Shown: piece by piece, positions 61,314-64,000 of the stretch
How the letters are laid out: each line of letters starts with the position of its first letter
How positions within the stretch are numbered: the first letter of the stretch is position 1
Assembly (NCBI GenBank): GCA_010015585.1
Contig: ML975174.1
Strand: one strand, 5' to 3'
From: Eremomyces bilateralis CBS 781.70
Taxonomy: Eukaryota
Length of the DNA: 64,000 nt
The notes under the pieces: generated by a model
The model's database searches: none
The model's input: the letters and a program-made list of their open reading frames with translations, nothing else
Told to the model about the DNA's origin: nothing
Made by a program: the position numbers and the translations under genes

Positions 61314-62867
61314 GGGCTTCGAAACGACAAACAACTAGGGAAGAAGATTTCGCGTACTGCCTCCTGGGACTCTTTGATGTAAACATGCCCAAGCTATACG
61401 GGGAAGGGTCAAAGGCTCTCATGAGGTTACAAAAAGAGATATTCAAGAAGGAAGAAGACTACCGATTTGACCGGGTTGTTCGCACCCTCACCGGTCGCCT
61501 TTTCTGGAGACTTCACGGAAGATAGAATGTTATATTTGGAACGTGGAGATCTTGATCGATGTATCCTCGATTGATCTGTAGCTGCAGAATACTGCTCCGT
61601 TCTCGGTCTCCATCCCATCCCTCACTAGGTTACAACAGTCTAGGGACGTCAAGAGACGGATATAAGTGTACTTGGTCATCACAAGCTGGAGATACTCCTA
61701 GTAAAGAGCAGTTCAAACCCCCAGGAATTTCGAACCGCGGTTTGCGCATGACCCTCTTCGTTAAAAGGTCAAAGCAATTGAATTAGTGGCTTGCATACTT
61801 TGCGAATCTGATCGCGGAGGACGATTTTGCATAATGCTCGAGAAGGTTAGGGGTTCCGGTTCGTCCAGGCCATGGGCGAGATCTGGAGGTTCCTACCTCT
61901 TTACTATCGACTCCGACCAGCTCGTTGAGTTTGAGCCCGAAGAGTTCTTCATTGATTCAACTCTGAGCAACACAGTCCCCGTTGTAACGGATAGCGCAGT
62001 TGGAATCATCAGAATCGAGACCGAGGATGGTGAAGCGCATCCCAATAGACATTTCGAGGTTTTAACATGTCCAATACGCCAGTGGAACTATTTTACAACT
62101 TCCGAAATCCGATCATTGGGTCCATTCTGTTTGAAAACGTTGTCTCCAAAACACTCGGACTTGCTAGACGCGGATACCAGAAACCTGTACGCTTGCGAAT
62201 ATAATGTTCCGGACTTCCTCGTTGCGCTTTGCTGGATCACCTCCAGAGCGAGATATATGCATGGATATCCTGGATGGTCGTGGCTCGCTTGGAACGGGCC
62301 AGATCCGGTAACTTTGGACCTTCGGGATGTCTCTCAACTAACTCAATACGCCGCCAAGATTAACCAGCAATGGGACGACAAGACCGGACAGTTTTCCGCG
62401 GCGTTTGAACATGAAACTAAGACTGATCCGGATGCGCTGTCCACCCAAGCAACCCTAGTACCCTGGGAGACGTTCCAGCTAGAATACGGGAATGGCATTA
62501 CTCAATCGATACTGTCTGACTATCTCCATATCTACGCCTGGATGGTAGACCTGCGCATCCTGTCCGCTCCGTTCAAGACGGACGACTGGAAGGGAGAGGT
62601 GAGGATCGTGGCCGAGGACGATGTTACTGGGATCCCTATCGATGTATGACTCCCCGGGATATCGAAAATGGAGTCGGTCGGTTTTATATTTATCGGTATT
62701 CTAGCGTGCCGATACGACTTCCACATCAGAAATTTTAGCCCTGCACTTCTGATCTTTGCTCGAAGCGAGCATTCTTCAAGCGTGTAGGGGTTGAAATTCT
62801 GGGAACGGACGACATGAGAGATGATGTACTAGATCATGCAACAAATCGAAGTATTCGGGTAGGATGA
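61314..62867 (+). pseudogene. Fragmented HET-domain-family gene remnant
   Basis: ASKRQTTREEDFAYCLLGLFDVNMPKLYGEGSKALMRLQKEI is the segment that follows HET domains. Later come YPGWSWLAW and terminal RSIRVG*. The HET core is missing and the frames are broken. Confidence 0.7.
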
Positions 62868-63220
62868 AGCCGATCCCACTGGACGGAGGGTAGTCTATAG
62901 GTAGATCTCAAGGTTATAAAATGCGTAGTTATTGGTAACTTTCTAGCCAGCGTTCTCAACACGTACGACAGTAATACGGGACAGGCACAGGGGTGGCACA
63001 GGATACCTCAGTTATTCTTGCACGTGACACTCTATCATGTTTATGCCAAGACCGGAGATATCCGTCTCCTCACAATATTCGACTCAAAGCTCTTGCGTCG
63101 ACGACATCCACATCCCCAAGTTCAACCAATTCCAAGCAAGATGGTCGCCCGTTTAAGATAACTGCCTCAGGCGGCTGATGGGTAGCAGTTAGACGATTCC
63201 AAAGAGGCTATATCGCCAAT

Positions 63221-64000
63221 ATGTCCCACATAAAGGCGTCGCCGACGGCGCGACTGCTTCGCTCTTCGAGGCTCTTCTCCCTCCCACCTCCACTCCCAGC
63301 GCCATCGATGTTACGAACTACGTCAATGGGCCTTCCGCGAGAATCAGACACCGCGACGCTACCCTACCCGACCATACAAGCCATAGCTACGCCGGCATCA
63401 TCCCGCGCTCGTGGAGACTGGGGCCTTAAGAGACCCTTGCCGCTGCAGTCCACGACCGTGAGCAGCACACCCGAGATCAAAGTCACGGCAATGGATACAT
63501 TGGAACATGTCACGGATTTCCAGGGCGCCACGGATCATACCCAGACCTTGCGAAAATTTCAGCAGATGAGTGTGCCAATGTTGGGGTACAATCGGACACC
63601 GCGGTTTTTGACGGAGCGGTCAGCGGCTCGGCCCAGCTTCCGCAGTGCCTTTGAAGAGGAGGACGACAATACCTATATTGAGAATACAACCGAACAATCA
63701 ACAGAATCAGGCCAAGAAGGAGGAAATTCATCGGGTCCCGCAAATACGTCCACGGGGTTGCAGGCATTGCAGGCTCGAAAGAAGTGGAAATATCAAGGCC
63801 CATGGCTCGGCGGAATGACCCCAAGCGACTTCAATCTATGGGTGAAGGACATGCTGAAATACAAGAAGGATGGATTCCAACAGCTGCTCCGCGAACACAT
63901 CGTCGACAAAATGTGGACGGATCGGGTGGACAATGCCCGCAAGGCCGCGGTCGAAGCACACTCCGACGACCCCCTGTTCGACGTTAGTTCCGTTAACTTG
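63221..64000 (+). CDS. MRP51: Mitochondrial ribosomal protein MRP51 (bS1m)-like, partial
   Basis: Open frame to the window end: MSHIKASPTARLLRSSRLFSLPPPL...SDTATLPYPTIQAIATPASSRARGDWGLKRPLP...WKYQGPWLGGMT. Confidence 0.85.
   Translation, partial: MSHIKASPTARLLRSSRLFSLPPPLPAPSMLRTTSMGLPRESDTATLPYPTIQAIATPASSRARGDWGLKRPLPLQSTTVSSTPEIKVTAMDTLEHVTDFQGATDHTQTLRKFQQMSVPMLGYNRTPRFLTERSAARPSFRSAFEEEDDNTYIENTTEQSTESGQEGGNSSGPANTSTGLQALQARKKWKYQGPWLGGMTPSDFNLWVKDMLKYKKDGFQQLLREHIVDKMWTDRVDNARKAAVEAHSDDPLFDVSSVNL

Noticed and set aside
1..64000. CRISPR arrays, rRNA genes, Starship captain recombinase, PKS/NRPS backbone genes
   Set aside because: None seen in this eukaryotic sequence.

Overview
Intron-containing fungal (filamentous ascomycete) genomic DNA. 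The left ~38 kb is accessory-like and transposon-rich. It holds the TPR end of an NLR-like gene facing a HET-domain gene, a LINE fragment, LTR remnants, a copia fragment, three Pogo/Fot1 transposons (one intact), a germin/spherulin cupin and a tiny secreted 12-Cys protein. Embedded in it is an apparently co-regulated catabolic cluster (~13.9-33.9 kb): an MFS anion permease, a mitochondrial tricarboxylate-type carrier, a Zn2Cys6 regulator, an SSADH-like aldehyde dehydrogenase, a metallo-beta-lactamase-fold lactonase, an SDR and a TcuA (tricarballylate dehydrogenase)-like flavoprotein ending in a PTS1-like ARL. The four promoter regions serving the six transporter/enzyme genes carry nine Gal4-type CGG-N11-CCG sites, and the regulator has a Gal4-length linker. 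The right ~26 kb looks like core genome: MTAP, a second SSADH, a membrane protein, ataxin-10/Ctr86, an ammonium transporter, ALDH3, tRNA-Arg(ACG), a large CorA-domain gene with one in-frame TAG at an expected Trp, a HET remnant and MRP51 (partial). All calls come from motif recognition by eye; no database searches were run.
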